A stretch of DNA of 64,000 nt. It comes from Octopus vulgaris. Taxonomy: Eukaryota. The translations under genes were made by a program, and so were the position numbers. The notes beneath the pieces are model-generated. The model made no database searches, was not told where the DNA came from, and saw only the letters and a list, made by a program, of their open reading frames with translations. Numbering within the stretch: the first letter of the stretch is position 1; each line of letters starts with the position of its first letter. This document shows, in pieces, positions 38,120 through 50,554 of the stretch. The stretch is from contig OX597831.1 in the NCBI GenBank assembly GCA_951406725.2, forward strand, positions 61,070,001-61,134,000. The letters are read 5' to 3'.

Positions 38120-38597
38120 TAAGTTAAGTTAGTTAAGTTAATTTTTTTAGCTCAAAAAGCAAAAAGCAAGGCCGTGTAGGGGGACATGGAGTTATGTACA
38201 GGGAGGGTGTTCATGCAAAGAGTTCAGGCCATTTCTGGTCAAGAGAGACTTTGAACCGAGCAGTCGTCGGCATCTTCACTATCTCGTCTGGCAGCTTATT
38301 CCACGGATCTGCAACCCGGACGGAGAAAGCCCCTCTCTTTCGATTGAGATGAAATCGTCGCTGATAGAGCTTTTCAGAGTGACTCCGCAGCTGACGCTCT
38401 GGAGCAGGAGTGAAGAACAGCTCTTTCGAGAGGTTACACTTTCCGCTTATGATATTGAGAGCGAGAATGAGATCTCCACGGCGGTGTCATATTTCTAGAG
38501 AATAAAGGTCGAGCGTCTTCAGCCTTTCTTCATAAGACAAATGCTTGAGACCAAGAACCATGCAGGCAGCCAGCTTCTGGACTCTTTCGAGATGATG
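38120..38597 (-). mobile_element. CR1-clade LINE 3' end
   Basis: Minus strand LERVQKLA...LSYEERLKTLDLYSLE..RRGDLI...FSVRVADPWNKLP...FKVSLD; (TAACT)n tail. Confidence 0.9.
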
Positions 38598-38765
38598 CTG
38601 AGTAGATGAACAAACAACTCAAAGGTCAGTATCAACTAGTTCAGTTAGTAAATTACTGCTATCATCTGTAGTAATGGCATGCACAGATGAGATATTTCTT
38701 CTAGATAAAGACAGAGTGCAACTAAAACCTAGGGCTGACATTTATCCTCATTGCTCAATTGGGAT

Positions 38766-39198
38766 TCTTCGCTGCATTCTTCGCTGCCATCGGGTGGATC
38801 GAGTTCCCACCGCCAATCTCTGACTTCGCCTGTCTCTGCGGTCCCTTCCATCTGTCTTTCTGCAACGGTGCTTGCAGTGGTTTGGCCATGCATGTAGGCG
38901 TCCGGTGGGTGAACTGAGCCGTGATGTCCTTCTCCCAACTCCACTTCCCAACTGGCGGAAATGCGCAGGCGGGCAGTTGAAGACCTGGGTTACGACAATC
39001 AAGGAGGACCTCTCCGTGCTCACAGGTCTGCAGGTGGTCGGCCTGCACCGATGGAACCATGACTGGCTCGCTATCTCCAGTGAACTGGCGCAGGACCATC
39101 TTGCGTGGGCTGCCATGGTTTGAGATGCCTCGAGGGTGGTAGAAGAAGCCGACTCAACCCGCCCAGGGTGAATGTCGCCACAAGTACAAGTACAAGTA
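38766..39198 (+). mobile_element. RTE-clade LINE, 5'-truncated 3' end
   Basis: WFGHACRRPVGEL...GGQLKTW (ORF 38872..39123); (ACAAGT)n tail; 12-bp TSD CTCAATTGGGAT at 38754-38765 and 39199-39210. Confidence 0.92.
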
Positions 39199-39977
39199 CT
39201 CAATTGGGATGTCTGGTGTGGAAGAGTTACATTGGTCCTGGCAAGTCACACAACAAGGATGACTTCATTTTTCCTCTTGAGCAAGCTGCATTAGCCTTAT
39301 CATTGCTTTGTGCATCATGTGTATATGCAAAAGGAGAGATTTACATCGGAAGCAGATAGTCTTGCACATAAAAAACCCGTCTCAGTCTCTGCCTTTCCTA
39401 GATGAAAAATTTCTTTGTCAACCACATGTGAAAAAGACCCTAGCTCAATAGAAAATCTTTTGAAGGTGTAGTATTATTTTCTCAGTCACTGGTTTTTGTT
39501 TTTCTCTTTTAAATCGAGACAGAACAGAAAAAGTTGTCATTGCTTTAGCAATACATTAATATGTTAAATTGATTGTTGAAGAAAGCAATAATACCGTTTG
39601 TTTAATTGGGTGGTGGAAATGGTGAATATATCTCACTTGCACCATCGTCTTCATAACTCTAAATAGTAATGTGTGTGTATGTGTGTGTGTGTATCTGTCT
39701 GTGTGTGGTTGTATTTGGTGTATATTATGTTTATATACCCTGCTTCACTGTTTGTCCAGTGGTGCCTGGGAATGGGTTTTGTCATTTTAACTGTGTCTAT
39801 ATACTATAATGTAATAAAAAAAATATTCAATGTTTTACTTCCAATATGTTCTGTGATTAGAAGACTCTCTAATATTATTGTTTTCTTAGTCTGTTATAAA
39901 GATTGTTTATTATGTAGTCCAACAAATAAATGTGTTTCTTTCCATTGAATAAATGTACCGGAATTTCCATAGTACTT

Positions 39978-39996
39978 ATGATGGTGATGGTGATGT

Positions 39997-40071
<75 letters not shown>

Positions 40072-40088
40072 TAATAATAATAATCATG

Positions 40089-40169
<81 letters not shown>
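39978..40169. repeat. (GAT)n(AAT)n microsatellite
   Basis: Direct observation. Confidence 0.95.
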
Positions 40170-40171
<2 letters not shown>

Positions 40172-40677
40172 TGATTGGAAGTGTCATCATGTACATTGTT
40201 TTGTCTTGGTATAAAAGATGGGCTACAGCAAATATTCTGCTCAATACCACAGATTTGCTTGTCAGTTGTTTAGCTTTAACCAGTTGAGCATGTCGCTTAG
40301 TGGCTGACAATACGTGCATCTCTAATCATGAGTGGAAGTAGTGAGGGAGCATCATAGCCATGTGTTGAGAGGGATTCTTTGGGGTTTGAATAATTCATCT
40401 CTGGAAACATGGGTGGTTCTTTCAACATCCTTAAACAACCCTTATTCAGGGACCTTTTGAGCGGAATGGGCTACTTGACCTGAAGAAAATTCTAACTGGG
40501 CCCCACCTGCAAGGTCATGTGCTGTTTACCTTGATATGAGATCACCATGTTGCACACATATGGTTGTGATGCATGTGCCTTGTGTACCCTTATCAGACGG
40601 GTAGTCATGATGTGTATGTTGGGCTTCGTATATTTTACCCCAGTGTCACTTTGATGGCATGAACTGCTCTCTCACTC
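40170..40677 (+). mobile_element. Non-coding ~560-bp (AAT)n-embedded repeat, copy 1 (5'-truncated)
   Basis: Homologous to 41570-42127 and 42948-43505; ends CTCTCTCACTC-(AAT)n; orientation inferred from the truncation. Confidence 0.8.
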
Positions 40678-40748
40678 AATAATAATAATTAATAATAATA
40701 ATAATGATAATAATAATAATAATAATAATAATAATCATGATGATAATA

Positions 40749-41493
40749 ATGCCAACAACAAAATGAAACCATTGAACATGTTGTCTCCAAATGCAGTCTT
40801 CTAGCGCCTACAGAGTACCTCAACAGGCATGATAGAGCTGCACAATATATTCAGTGGGTAATTTGCAAAAACCTGGATTTGCCCCATGAAAAAACTGGTG
40901 GGAACAAAATCCACCTCCGGTGGTTGAAAATGACCACATCTCACTCCTCTGGAACTTCACCATTCAAACTGACAGAAAGATAGATGCAAATAGGCCAGAC
41001 ATCATATTGAAAAACTTCAGACAAAGAACATGCCTCCTCATTGATATGACTGTCCCAATCGATATAAACGTATCTGTCAAGACCTACCAAAAACTTGAAA
41101 TAGAAATCAGCAAAAGGTGGAACCTGAAGACTAAAACAATATCTGTTGTCATAGGTGCCCTGGGAATGATAGCGAAAGGGGCTGATTGCTACCTAACTCA
41201 GATACCAGAAAACCCCAAAATGGCAGAAATTCAATAGATAGTGCTCATGGGAACTGCTCATATCCTACGCAAAATACTCTCTATGTAATCCCAAGGTTTA
41301 AAACAAACTTTTTTTTTTTATTTATTAGACATTCACTAGTACAACACCAAAAAAAAGGAAGGAAGAAAAAAAAATCCAAATATATGGCACACTAGGCATA
41401 GCAACAACGTGAACTTCCAACCTGTTTTCTCTTGAGGTCTCTGGGTGAGACTTGGAGCCAACTTCTACAAACATAAAGCAAAAGTCAAACATA

Positions 41494-41494
<1 letters not shown>
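40749..41494 (+). mobile_element. R4/Dong-like LINE 3' fragment, copy 1
   Basis: ETIEHVVSKC zinc-knuckle remnant and RLE motif TDRKIDANRPDI..LLID; ends CAAACATAG-(AAT)n. Confidence 0.9.
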
Positions 41495-41569
<75 letters not shown>

Positions 41570-41573
<4 letters not shown>

Positions 41574-42127
41574 GCCCTGATGTAGTGCCAGGCAGTGGCT
41601 CTCATGGCTTTTGATCTTAACTGATTGCATGTGTTATCATGTACATTGTTTTGTCTTGGTATAAAAGATGGGCTACAGCAAATATTCTGCTCAATACCAC
41701 AGATTTGCTTGTCAGTTGTTTGACTTCAACCAGTTGAGCATGTCCCTTAGTGGCTGACGATATGTGCATCTCTGATCACGAGCAGAAGTAGTGGGGGAGC
41801 ATCATAGCCATGTGTTGAGAGGGATTCTTTGGGGTTTGAATAATTCACCTTTGGAAACAGGGGTGTTTCATTCAACATCCTTAAACAACCCCTATTCAGG
41901 GACCTTTTGAGCTGGATGGGCTACTCAACCAGAACAAAATTCTACCTGGGCCCCACCTGCAAGGTCATGTACTGTTTATCGTGATATGAGATCACCATGT
42001 CGTGCACATATGGTTGTGACGCATGTGCCTAGTGTACCCTTATCAGACGGGTAGTCATGATGGGTATATTGGGCTTCGTATATTTTACTCTAGTGTCACT
42101 TTGATGGCATGCCCTGCTCTCTCACTC
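41570..42127 (+). mobile_element. Non-coding ~560-bp (AAT)n-embedded repeat, copy 2
   Basis: Starts AAATGCCCTGATGTAGTGCCAGGCAG, ends CACTC-(AAT)n. Confidence 0.8.
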
Positions 42128-42217
42128 AATAATAATAATTGTAACAATGATAATAATAATGATGATAATAATAATAATAATAATAATAATGATGATGATG
42201 ATAATAATAATAATAAA

Positions 42218-42881
42218 CGATAGAGCTGCACAATATATTCACTGGGTAATTTGCAAAAACCTGGATTTGCCCCATGAAAAAAACTGGTGGGAACACAAAC
42301 CACCCCCAGTGCTTGAAAATGACCACATCTCACTCCTCTGGAACTTCACCATTCAAACTGACAGGAAGATAGATGCAAATAGGCCAGACATCATATTGAA
42401 AGACTTTAGACAAAGAACATGCCTCCTCATTGATATGACTGTCCCAATCGATATAAACGTATCTGTCAAGACCTACCAAAAACTTGAAATAGAAATCAGC
42501 AAAAGGTGGAACCTGAAGACTAAAACAATATCTGTTGTCATAGGTGCCCTGGGAATGATAGCGAAAGGGGCTGATTGCTACCTAACTCAGATACCAGAAA
42601 ACCCCAAAATGGCAGAAATTCAATAGATAGTGCTCATGGGAACTGCTCATATCCTACGCAAAATACTCTCTATGTAATCCCAAGGTTTAAAACAAACTTT
42701 TCTTTTTATTTATTAGACATTCACTAGTACAACACCAAAAAAAAGGAAGGAAAAAAAAAAATCCAAATATATGGCACACTAGGCATAACAACAACGTGAA
42801 CTTCCAACCTGTTTTCTCTTGAGGTCTCTGGGTGAGACTTGGAGCCAACTTCTACAAATATAAAGCAAAAGTCAAACATAG
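42218..42881 (+). mobile_element. R4/Dong-like LINE 3' fragment, copy 2
   Basis: RLE domain in ORF 42147..42626; same 3' UTR as copy 1. Confidence 0.9.
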
Positions 42882-42918
42882 AATAATAATAATAATAATA
42901 ATAATAATATTAATAATG

Positions 42919-42947
<29 letters not shown>

Positions 42948-42951
<4 letters not shown>

Positions 42952-43505
42952 GCCCTGATGTAGTGCCAGGCAGTGGCTCTCATGGCTTTTGATATTAACT
43001 GATTGCATGTGTTATCATGTACATTGTTTTGTCTTGGTATAAAAGATGGGCTACAGCAAATATTCTGCTCAATACCACAGATTTGCTTGTCAGTTGTTTG
43101 ACTTCAACCAGTTGAGCATGTCCCTTAGTGGCTGACGATATGTGCATCTCTGATCACGAGCAGAAGTAGTGGGGGAGCATCATAGCCATGTGTTGAGAGG
43201 GATTCTTTGGGGTTTGAATAATTCACCTTTGGAAACAGGGGTGTTTCATTCAACATCTTTAAACAACCCTTATTCAGGGACCTTTTGAGCGGGATGGGCT
43301 ACTCGACCAGAACAAAATTCTAGCTGGGCCCCACCTGCAAGGTCATGTACTGTTTATCGTGATATGAGATCACCATGTCGTGCACATATGGTTGTGACGC
43401 ATGTGCCTAGTGTACCCTTATCAGACGGGTAGTCATGATGGGTATATTGGGCTTCGTATATTTTACTCTAGTGTCACTTTGATGGCATGCCCTGCTCTCT
43501 CACTC
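42948..43505 (+). mobile_element. Non-coding ~560-bp (AAT)n-embedded repeat, copy 3
   Basis: Near-identical to copy 2. Confidence 0.8.
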
Positions 43506-43542
43506 AATAATAATAATTGTAACAATGATAATAATAATGATG

Positions 43543-43579
<37 letters not shown>

Positions 43580-43604
43580 TGATGATGATAATAATAATAA
43601 TAAA

Positions 43605-44310
43605 CGATAGAGCTGCACAATATATTCACTGGGTAATCTGTAAAAACCTGGATTTGCCCCATGAAAAAAACTGGTGGGAACACAAACCACCCCCAGTGCT
43701 TGAAAATGACCACATCTCACTCCTCTGGAACTTCACCATTCAAACTGACAGGAAGATAGATGCAAATAGGCCAGACATCATATTGAAAGACTTCAAACAA
43801 AGAACTTGCCTCCTCATTGATATGACTGTCCCAATCGATATAAACGTATCTGTCAAGACCTACCAAAAACTGAGCAAATATAAAGATCTTGAAATAGAAA
43901 TCAGCAAAATGTGGAAGCTGAAGACTAAAACAATACCTGTTGTCATAGGTGCCCTGGGAATGATAGCAAAAGGGGCTGATAGCTACCTAACTCAGATACC
44001 AGGAAACCCAAAAATGGCAGAAGTTCAAAAGATAATGCTCATGGGAACTGCTCATATCCTACGCAAAATACTCTCTATGTAATCTCAAGGTTTAAAACAA
44101 ACATAATTTTCGGTTTAAAAAAAAAGGGAAAAAAAAAAAAACTTTTTTTTTTTTTTTTAGACATCCATTAATACAACATCCCCACCCCCCCCAAATATAT
44201 GGCACACTAGGCATAACAACAACATCATCTTCCAACCCTGTTGTCTCTTGAGGTCTCTGGGTGAGACTTGGAGCCAACTTGTACAAATGTAAAGCAAAAG
44301 TCAAACATAG
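43605..44310 (+). mobile_element. R4/Dong-like LINE 3' fragment, copy 3 (RLE frame intact)
   Basis: ORF 43525..44082: NRPDIILKD..CLLIDMTVP..KLSKYKDLEIEI..GTAHILRKILSM. Confidence 0.92.
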
Positions 44311-44359
44311 AATAATAATAATGATGATGATGATAATAATAATAATAATAATAATAATG

Positions 44360-44401
<42 letters not shown>

Positions 44402-44402
<1 letters not shown>

Positions 44403-45176
44403 GCTATACCAGTCGTGACTTACAGTTTCAATATTGTTAACTGGTCAATTACTGAAATATGTCAGCTCGACAGAAAAATAAGGAAACTGTTGACAATGCA
44501 TAGAATGCACCACCCTAAGGCAGATACAGAACGACTATATCTGCCAAGAAAAGAGGAGGCCGTGGTCTTTTGCAACTAGCAATAACAATGAAGATTGCTA
44601 CAATTGGCCTAGACACCTACCTGAAAAACTCTGAGGACTGGATGTTAAAACTTGTCTCAAAACATGAAAACAAGAAAGCATCATACTCAGTCACAAAACA
44701 GGCAAAGGAATATCTAAGTGAATTCCGAATACATCCAATTTCGGAATTAGAGATAGATATACAAGAAACAAGCACAGAAAAAGCTAGGCACATGAAAACC
44801 CGTGCCAAAACTGCGGCCTTAGATATTCTGAATAATAAATGGCAAGAAAAACCTCTCTATGGCAAATACCCAAAGAGAGCGAATAATGCAGATATCGACA
44901 AAGCCCTGACCCATCAATGGCTAATGGCCTCTGGCTTAAAATCTGAAACAGAGGGGTTTATCATAGCAGCTTAAGATCAATGCCTACCAACAAGACACTA
45001 CCAGGCCAACATATTAAAGATCAGAAGCAGTCCAACGTGTCATGTATGCAAGCAACAAAATGAAACCATTGACCATGTGGTCTCCAACCCTGATCTTCCA
45101 ACCCTGTTGTCTCTTGAGGTCTCTGGGTGAGACTTGGAGCCAACTTGTACAAATATAAAGCAAAAGTCAAACATAG
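44402..45176 (+). mobile_element. R4/Dong-like LINE fragment, internally deleted
   Basis: AIPVVTYSF..LDRKIRKLLTMHRMHHPKADTERLYLPR, WQEKPLYG, SGLKSETEGFIIAA and CHVC; then jumps to the same 3' UTR. Confidence 0.9.
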
Positions 45177-45292
45177 AATAATAATAATAATAATAATAAT
45201 GATAATAGTAATAATAATAATAATCATAATAATAATAATAATAATGATTCTGATGATGATGATGATGATGATGATAATGACAAAATAAGCAA

Positions 45293-45478
45293 TAATCGTT
45301 TCAAATTTTGGCACAAGGCCAACAATTTCAGAAGAGGGGTAAGTCAATTTAATCAACCCCAGAATGACGAAAGGCAAAGTTGCCCTTGGTGAAATCTGAA
45401 CTCAGAACACAAAGACAGATGAAATGCTTCTAAGCATTTTACCCACGAAATAATGCTAATAATTCTGCCAGCACCACA
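45293..45478 (-). mobile_element. SINE family B, older variant
   Basis: Reverse complement similar to 23167-23382. Confidence 0.7.
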
Positions 45479-45635
45479 CCTAAATAATAATAATAATAAT
45501 GATAATAACAATAATAATTCACATAGTAGTGAAGTAAAAGCATGTGCTAAATTTAAGACTACTGAATAATGATGATGATAATAATAATAATAATGATAAT
45601 AATAATGATAATAATAATAATAATAATAACAACAG

Positions 45636-45865
45636 CAAGATGAAATTTGGTTTCGATAAATGTGCAAAAGCTACCTTTATCAAAGGAAAATGACAGAAAC
45701 ATCCAACGTTAACCTTGACCAGCAGAATGTCATAAAAGAGTTAGAACTAGCAGAGAGCTACAAATACCTAGGTATTTGAAGGTGATGGAATCAGACATTC
45801 AGTGATGAGAGAAAGAATCAGAAGAGAATGTTATCGCAGGGTAAGGTCAACACTCAAGTCAGAGT
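45636..45865 (+). mobile_element. R4/Dong-like RT fragment
   Basis: MKFGFDKCA..ESYKYLG..RIRRECYRRVRSTLKSE, preceded by (AAT)n. Confidence 0.85.
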
Positions 45866-46027
45866 ATATATACAAAAGTGCACACACAACAAACAAACAC
45901 ACACACATAATGCTTTTCATTTCAAGATACCTTGTAACAAATGTAAATAGTACTGTATATATAATTAGTCTTTTGTTCTCACTTTTCTCAAAGGCTGATG
46001 AATTAGTAAGGCAGTCGTGATCACTAT

Positions 46028-46626
46028 CATCATCATCATCATCCTTATCATCATCGTTGACGTCGTTTAATGTCTGCTTTCCATGCTGGCATGGGTTGGA
46101 CGGTTTGACTGATAACTGGCAGGCCAGGAGGCTGCACCAGGCTTCAATCTGATTTGGCAAGGTTTCTACAGCTGGACGCCTTTCTTACGGGAACCACTCC
46201 AAGAGTATAATGGGTGCTTTTTACATGCCACCGGCATGGAAGCCAGTCAGGCAGCACTGGCATCGACCACACTCAAATGGTGCTATTTGCATGCCATCAG
46301 CATGGGTGCCAGTCAGGTGGTACTGGCATCAGCCACACTCGAATAGTGCTTTTTCCATACCACCAGCATGGAAGCCAGTCAAGCAGCACTGGCATCGGCC
46401 ACACTTAAATGGTGCTATTTGCATGCCATCAGTATGGGTGCCAGTCAGGTGGCACTGGCATCGGCTACACTCGAATAGTGCTTTTTACATGCCACTGGCA
46501 TGGGAGCGTCATGCAGCACTGGCATTGACCACACTCAAATTGTGCTATTTGCATGCCATCAGCATGGGTGCCCGTCAGGTGGTACTGGCATCGGCCACAC
46601 TCGAATAGTGCTTTTTACATGCCACC
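46028..46626 (-). mobile_element. SINE family D with expanded internal minisatellite
   Basis: Family D tail and core followed by a 66-bp tandem array. Confidence 0.85.
46214..46626. repeat. 66-bp minisatellite, about 6.3 units with alternating A/B variants
   Basis: GTGCT unit starts at 46214, 46280, 46346, 46412, 46478, 46542 and 46608. Confidence 0.92.
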
Positions 46627-46974
46627 TGATAAATTACAATACCACCTTCATTATTTTCCCATTGCTTGTTTGGAACCTTCATCTCTTTAATTATGTATCA
46701 ACTGAAGTAGCTATTTAATAAGAAGCCAAAGTATTTACGTACTTAAATATACAGCCTACGTTAAGTATGTTAGATACGCTAAACCGCTTAAAAACTAAGA
46801 AATCAAAACAAAGACTCGTATGGATAACTTAGTAAATTCTTTCATTCGGTTTTACCTCACAGTCATTGTTTTGCATCTTCTAATTACTCTACTAGAAGAC
46901 CTGTTATAAACCTCCAAATCTATTTTCCATGGTGGGGGCTTGAACAAGATTTTATTATATCTCATTCTCATTTA

Positions 46975-47373
46975 CTCACTTACTTGTTTCAGTCATTTGA
47001 CTGTGGCCATGCTAGAGCACCGCCTTTAGTTGAGGAAATCGATCCCAGGACTTATCATTTGTAAGCCTAGCACTTATCTATCTGTCTCTTTTGCCGAACC
47101 GCTAAGTTACGGAGACGTAAACAAACCAGCATCGGTTGACAAGCGATGTTGGGGGGACGACAAACACAACACACAAACATACACACACACACACACATAT
47201 ATATTTATATATATACGACGGGCTTCTTTCAGTTTCCGTCTACCAAATCCACTCACAAGGCTTTGGTCGGCCCGAGGCTATAGTAGAAGCTCAAGATGCC
47301 ACGCAGTGGGACTGAACCCGGAACCATGTTGTTGGTAAGCAAGCTACTTACCACACAGCCACTCCTAAGCCTG
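46975..47373 (-). mobile_element. SINE family A, full length
   Basis: Reverse complement of family A. Confidence 0.9.
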
Positions 47374-47686
47374 TTTTTATTTTTATATATCTAAGGTTTA
47401 AAATTGCCCATGTATACATGACATTTTTCTACATGTCATCAATGTTGTTGGAGGGTTGGGAAAGGGCTGTCGTAGCTTTGCAAAGGGCTGGGACAAATAC
47501 CAAGAAGCAGCTTGTCTAACTAACCAACAACTCTATCACCATGACTTTTTCTTTCATTTATCAATGAGGAAAAAGATGAAAGGCCTAGTCTATCATGGTA
47601 TGATTTGAACTCAGAGTGCAGACTGCTAGAATAAATACAAAACTACATACTGATGTTGTAATGAATGCAATATTCCATAAGAAGAC

Positions 47687-48088
47687 AGCAGCAACCTGGT
47701 AGAATTATTAGAACACCAGGCGAAATGCTTAGTGGTATTTCATTCACCATTATGTTCTGAGTTCAAATTCCACCGAGGCCGACTTTGCCTTTCATGCTTT
47801 CGGGTTCGATTAAATAAGTACTAGTTATGCACTGGGGTCTATATAATCGACTTAATCCATTTGTCTGTCCTTGTTTGTCCCTTCTGTGTTTAGCCCCTTT
47901 GTGGATAGTAAAGAAATAGGTATTTCGTTTCTGAGTTCAAATTCCACCGAGGTCAACTTTGCCTTTTCTCCTTTCAAGGTCAATTAAATCAGTACCAGTT
48001 ACACACTGGAGTCGATGTAATCGATTCAATCCCTTTGTCTGTCCTTGTTTGTTTGCTCTATGTTTAGCCTCATGTGGGCAATAAAGAA
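47687..48088 (+). mobile_element. SINE family B with internal duplication
   Basis: Two cores, as at 11176. Confidence 0.85.
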
Positions 48089-48849
48089 ACAAATATCCCA
48101 TTAGAAGAATGTCTCCACTTATCAAGCATGGAAAATTGGATGCAAAATAGACAATTTACAAAGTATGTCAGCAAAAATAAGGATGTTTTACTTCTCTTTC
48201 AACATCTGTATGAATCAATAATTTAAGAATGACGCAGAGCTTGGGATTAAATATATTCTATTTAACTTAAGTCTAAATGATTTCAATTACAGAAACCATT
48301 GAGAAAGAAATAAGTCCAATTTTAATGTATCTTCTCCTATTTTGGAAAAATTACCAAAGAAAATATATAAAAATTCATCTGATCCAAAAACTCTAATCAG
48401 AAAGAAAGAAAAATAGCAATGATTCTTAAATTACGCAGTAAGCATTCTTATATTGTTCTATCACTGTTTTCCAACTTTTTTTTCACTTTTTCTCTTCTCA
48501 GAAATACTGGTAAAAATTCATTAATAATTCTAAAAGCGAAAGTATGTTTCTTCTGCTTAATGATGTTGACAGACAGAGATACTATATTAGATAGACTCCT
48601 AATTTCGTGTTCATACATTTTGTTCATTCATATATTCTAATTTCATAGCAATTACAGAAAATGCAACTCATACCATAATGATGTGCATCAGCAGCGCTTA
48701 AACACTGCTATTTTTCAGCTGAACAATTCAATCATCGAAGTATCAGACTATAGTTAAGGTTTTAAAATTATGCATTCAAATGGAAGCATATTAAAACAAT
48801 AACTCAAGAAGAGATACCAGAGTAGAGAATAGCTGTAATGCTTATGTAG

Positions 48850-49200
48850 ATGTATGATGCAGTAACAGTATGGTGGTAGTTGGGGTTGTGGTGGTAACAG
48901 TGGTGACTGTGTTTCTGGCAGAGATGATATCAGCACTTGTGTTGTGGTTGTTGTTGTCGTTGTTGTAGATGGAGGTGGCAGGGGATAGTAATACTATTAC
49001 CTGTCATTATGATGATAACGGCATAGGTGTTGGTGATGCTAATAATAGTGAGTTTAGTGGTGGTGGAGGTGGTAGCGGCGGTGGTGGTGTTGTTAACAGT
49101 AGCGGTAGCTGACCATAGTGATTACGGTGGTGATAACAAAGCTGATAGTGATTACAGCAACATGTTTGGCAATAATTTTTTGATAACCACGATAATGACT
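48850..49200. repeat. Decayed trinucleotide low-complexity region (GGT/GTT/GAT)
   Basis: Direct observation. Confidence 0.7.
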
Positions 49201-49958
49201 TTAGTTTAGGTGAAGTCCTCAGGCTTTAAATTCGAAAATCAGTAAAAAAAAAAAAAAAAAAAAAAAAAAAGGGGAAAAAACAAAAACATATTTCAGAAAT
49301 GAATTGAATTTCAGATTATTCTAATTTAGATAATGCTATTCTAATTAGAAGGATTCCTAGTATTGAGCCAGGAGGTTGGTGATGGTGGTAGGGGACCAGT
49401 GTTGTTATACTTCTTGAAATAATGTTTTCTAGAATAAGCACAATGCTGAAGTTATGAAAGGCATAGTTGCTCTTGGCAGGATTTGAATTAAGATTGTAAA
49501 GCGAATTAAACGAATAGCACAAGGTAATTTTGCCTTTTTACTCTACAGCTTCTGCCAATCAACTACTATAGAAATAATGTTTGTTTTAAAAATATTCAAC
49601 ATAATTAGGTAGTTAGACAATTTACAGTCTTCATTAATAGAAGAGGGAAGTGGTTGACAAAGGATGAAGTTTCTGTCAAAAAAACTGGAGGACAGAGCTA
49701 CTTTGCAATGAAAGAATAGAGAAAAAGGTTGTCATTAAAGTACATGTACTTTTTTCACTTGTTTCAGTCATGTGACTGTGGCCATGCTGGAGCACCGCCT
49801 TTAGTCGAGCAAATCGACCCCAGGACTTATTCTTTTTAACCCTAGTACTTATTCTATTGGTTTCTTTTGCCGAACCGCTAAGTTATGTGGATGTAAACAC
49901 ACCAGCATCGGTTGTCGAGCGATGTTGGGGGGACAAACACAGACACACAAGCATATAA

Positions 49959-50031
<73 letters not shown>

Positions 50032-50035
<4 letters not shown>

Positions 50036-50232
50036 TTGAAAATGTGACCGCGTGTATACCGTTGGTGATTTTTTTTTCCCTCCATCTTCCCTTCTCTGGA
50101 TCTTTTCTTTTCCTATGTTTCTGACGAAGAGCTCCGCTTGAAACGTTAAACCCTCCTTCTTCCCTTCCTTCCTGAGCGTCCAATAATACTATATTTGTTC
50201 CATGTTCTCGCGTTGTGTTTTCATGTTTGGAT

Positions 50233-50237
<5 letters not shown>
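50032..50237 (+). mobile_element. ~200-bp pyrimidine-rich HHR-bearing element inserted in (TA)n
   Basis: (TA)n on both sides; HHR at 50117-50151; shares TTCCTGAGCGT with 63000-63203. Confidence 0.75.
50117..50151 (+). ncRNA. Minimal type I hammerhead ribozyme motif
   Basis: GTTT-CTGACGA-A-GAGC-TCC-GCTT-GAAAC-GTT-AAAC; stem I GTTT/AAAC, palindromic loopless stem III ACGT. Confidence 0.75.
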
Positions 50238-50276
<39 letters not shown>

Positions 50277-50554
50277 CATACATACATATATATATATACA
50301 TACATCCATATATACGATGGGCTTCTTTCAGTTTCCGTCTACCAAATCTACTCACAAGGCTTTGGTCGGCCCGAGGCTATAGTAGAAGACACTTGCCCAA
50401 GGTGCCACGTAGTAGGACTTAACCTGGAACCATGTGGTTTGTAAGCAAGCTACTTACCACACAGCCACTCCTATGCCTGTGTTTAAAGTTAATAGTCAAT
50501 GCATTGAGTTTATTAGCAACATTACTGAGAACAGAAATCATAATTTGTGATGGG

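Larger units (their letters stand above)
49750..50479 (-). mobile_element. SINE family A interrupted in its (TA)n by an HHR element
   Basis: Family A halves at 49750-49990 and 50310-50479. Confidence 0.9.

Noticed and set aside
46210-46608. CRISPR-like array or repeat-protein gene
   Set aside because: Units are contiguous homologous repeats without unique spacers, sit inside a SINE in eukaryotic DNA with no cas genes, and the ORF follows from the 66-bp period
49244-49270. Poly(A) tail of a retrocopy
   Set aside because: No upstream processed-gene sequence or TSD could be identified
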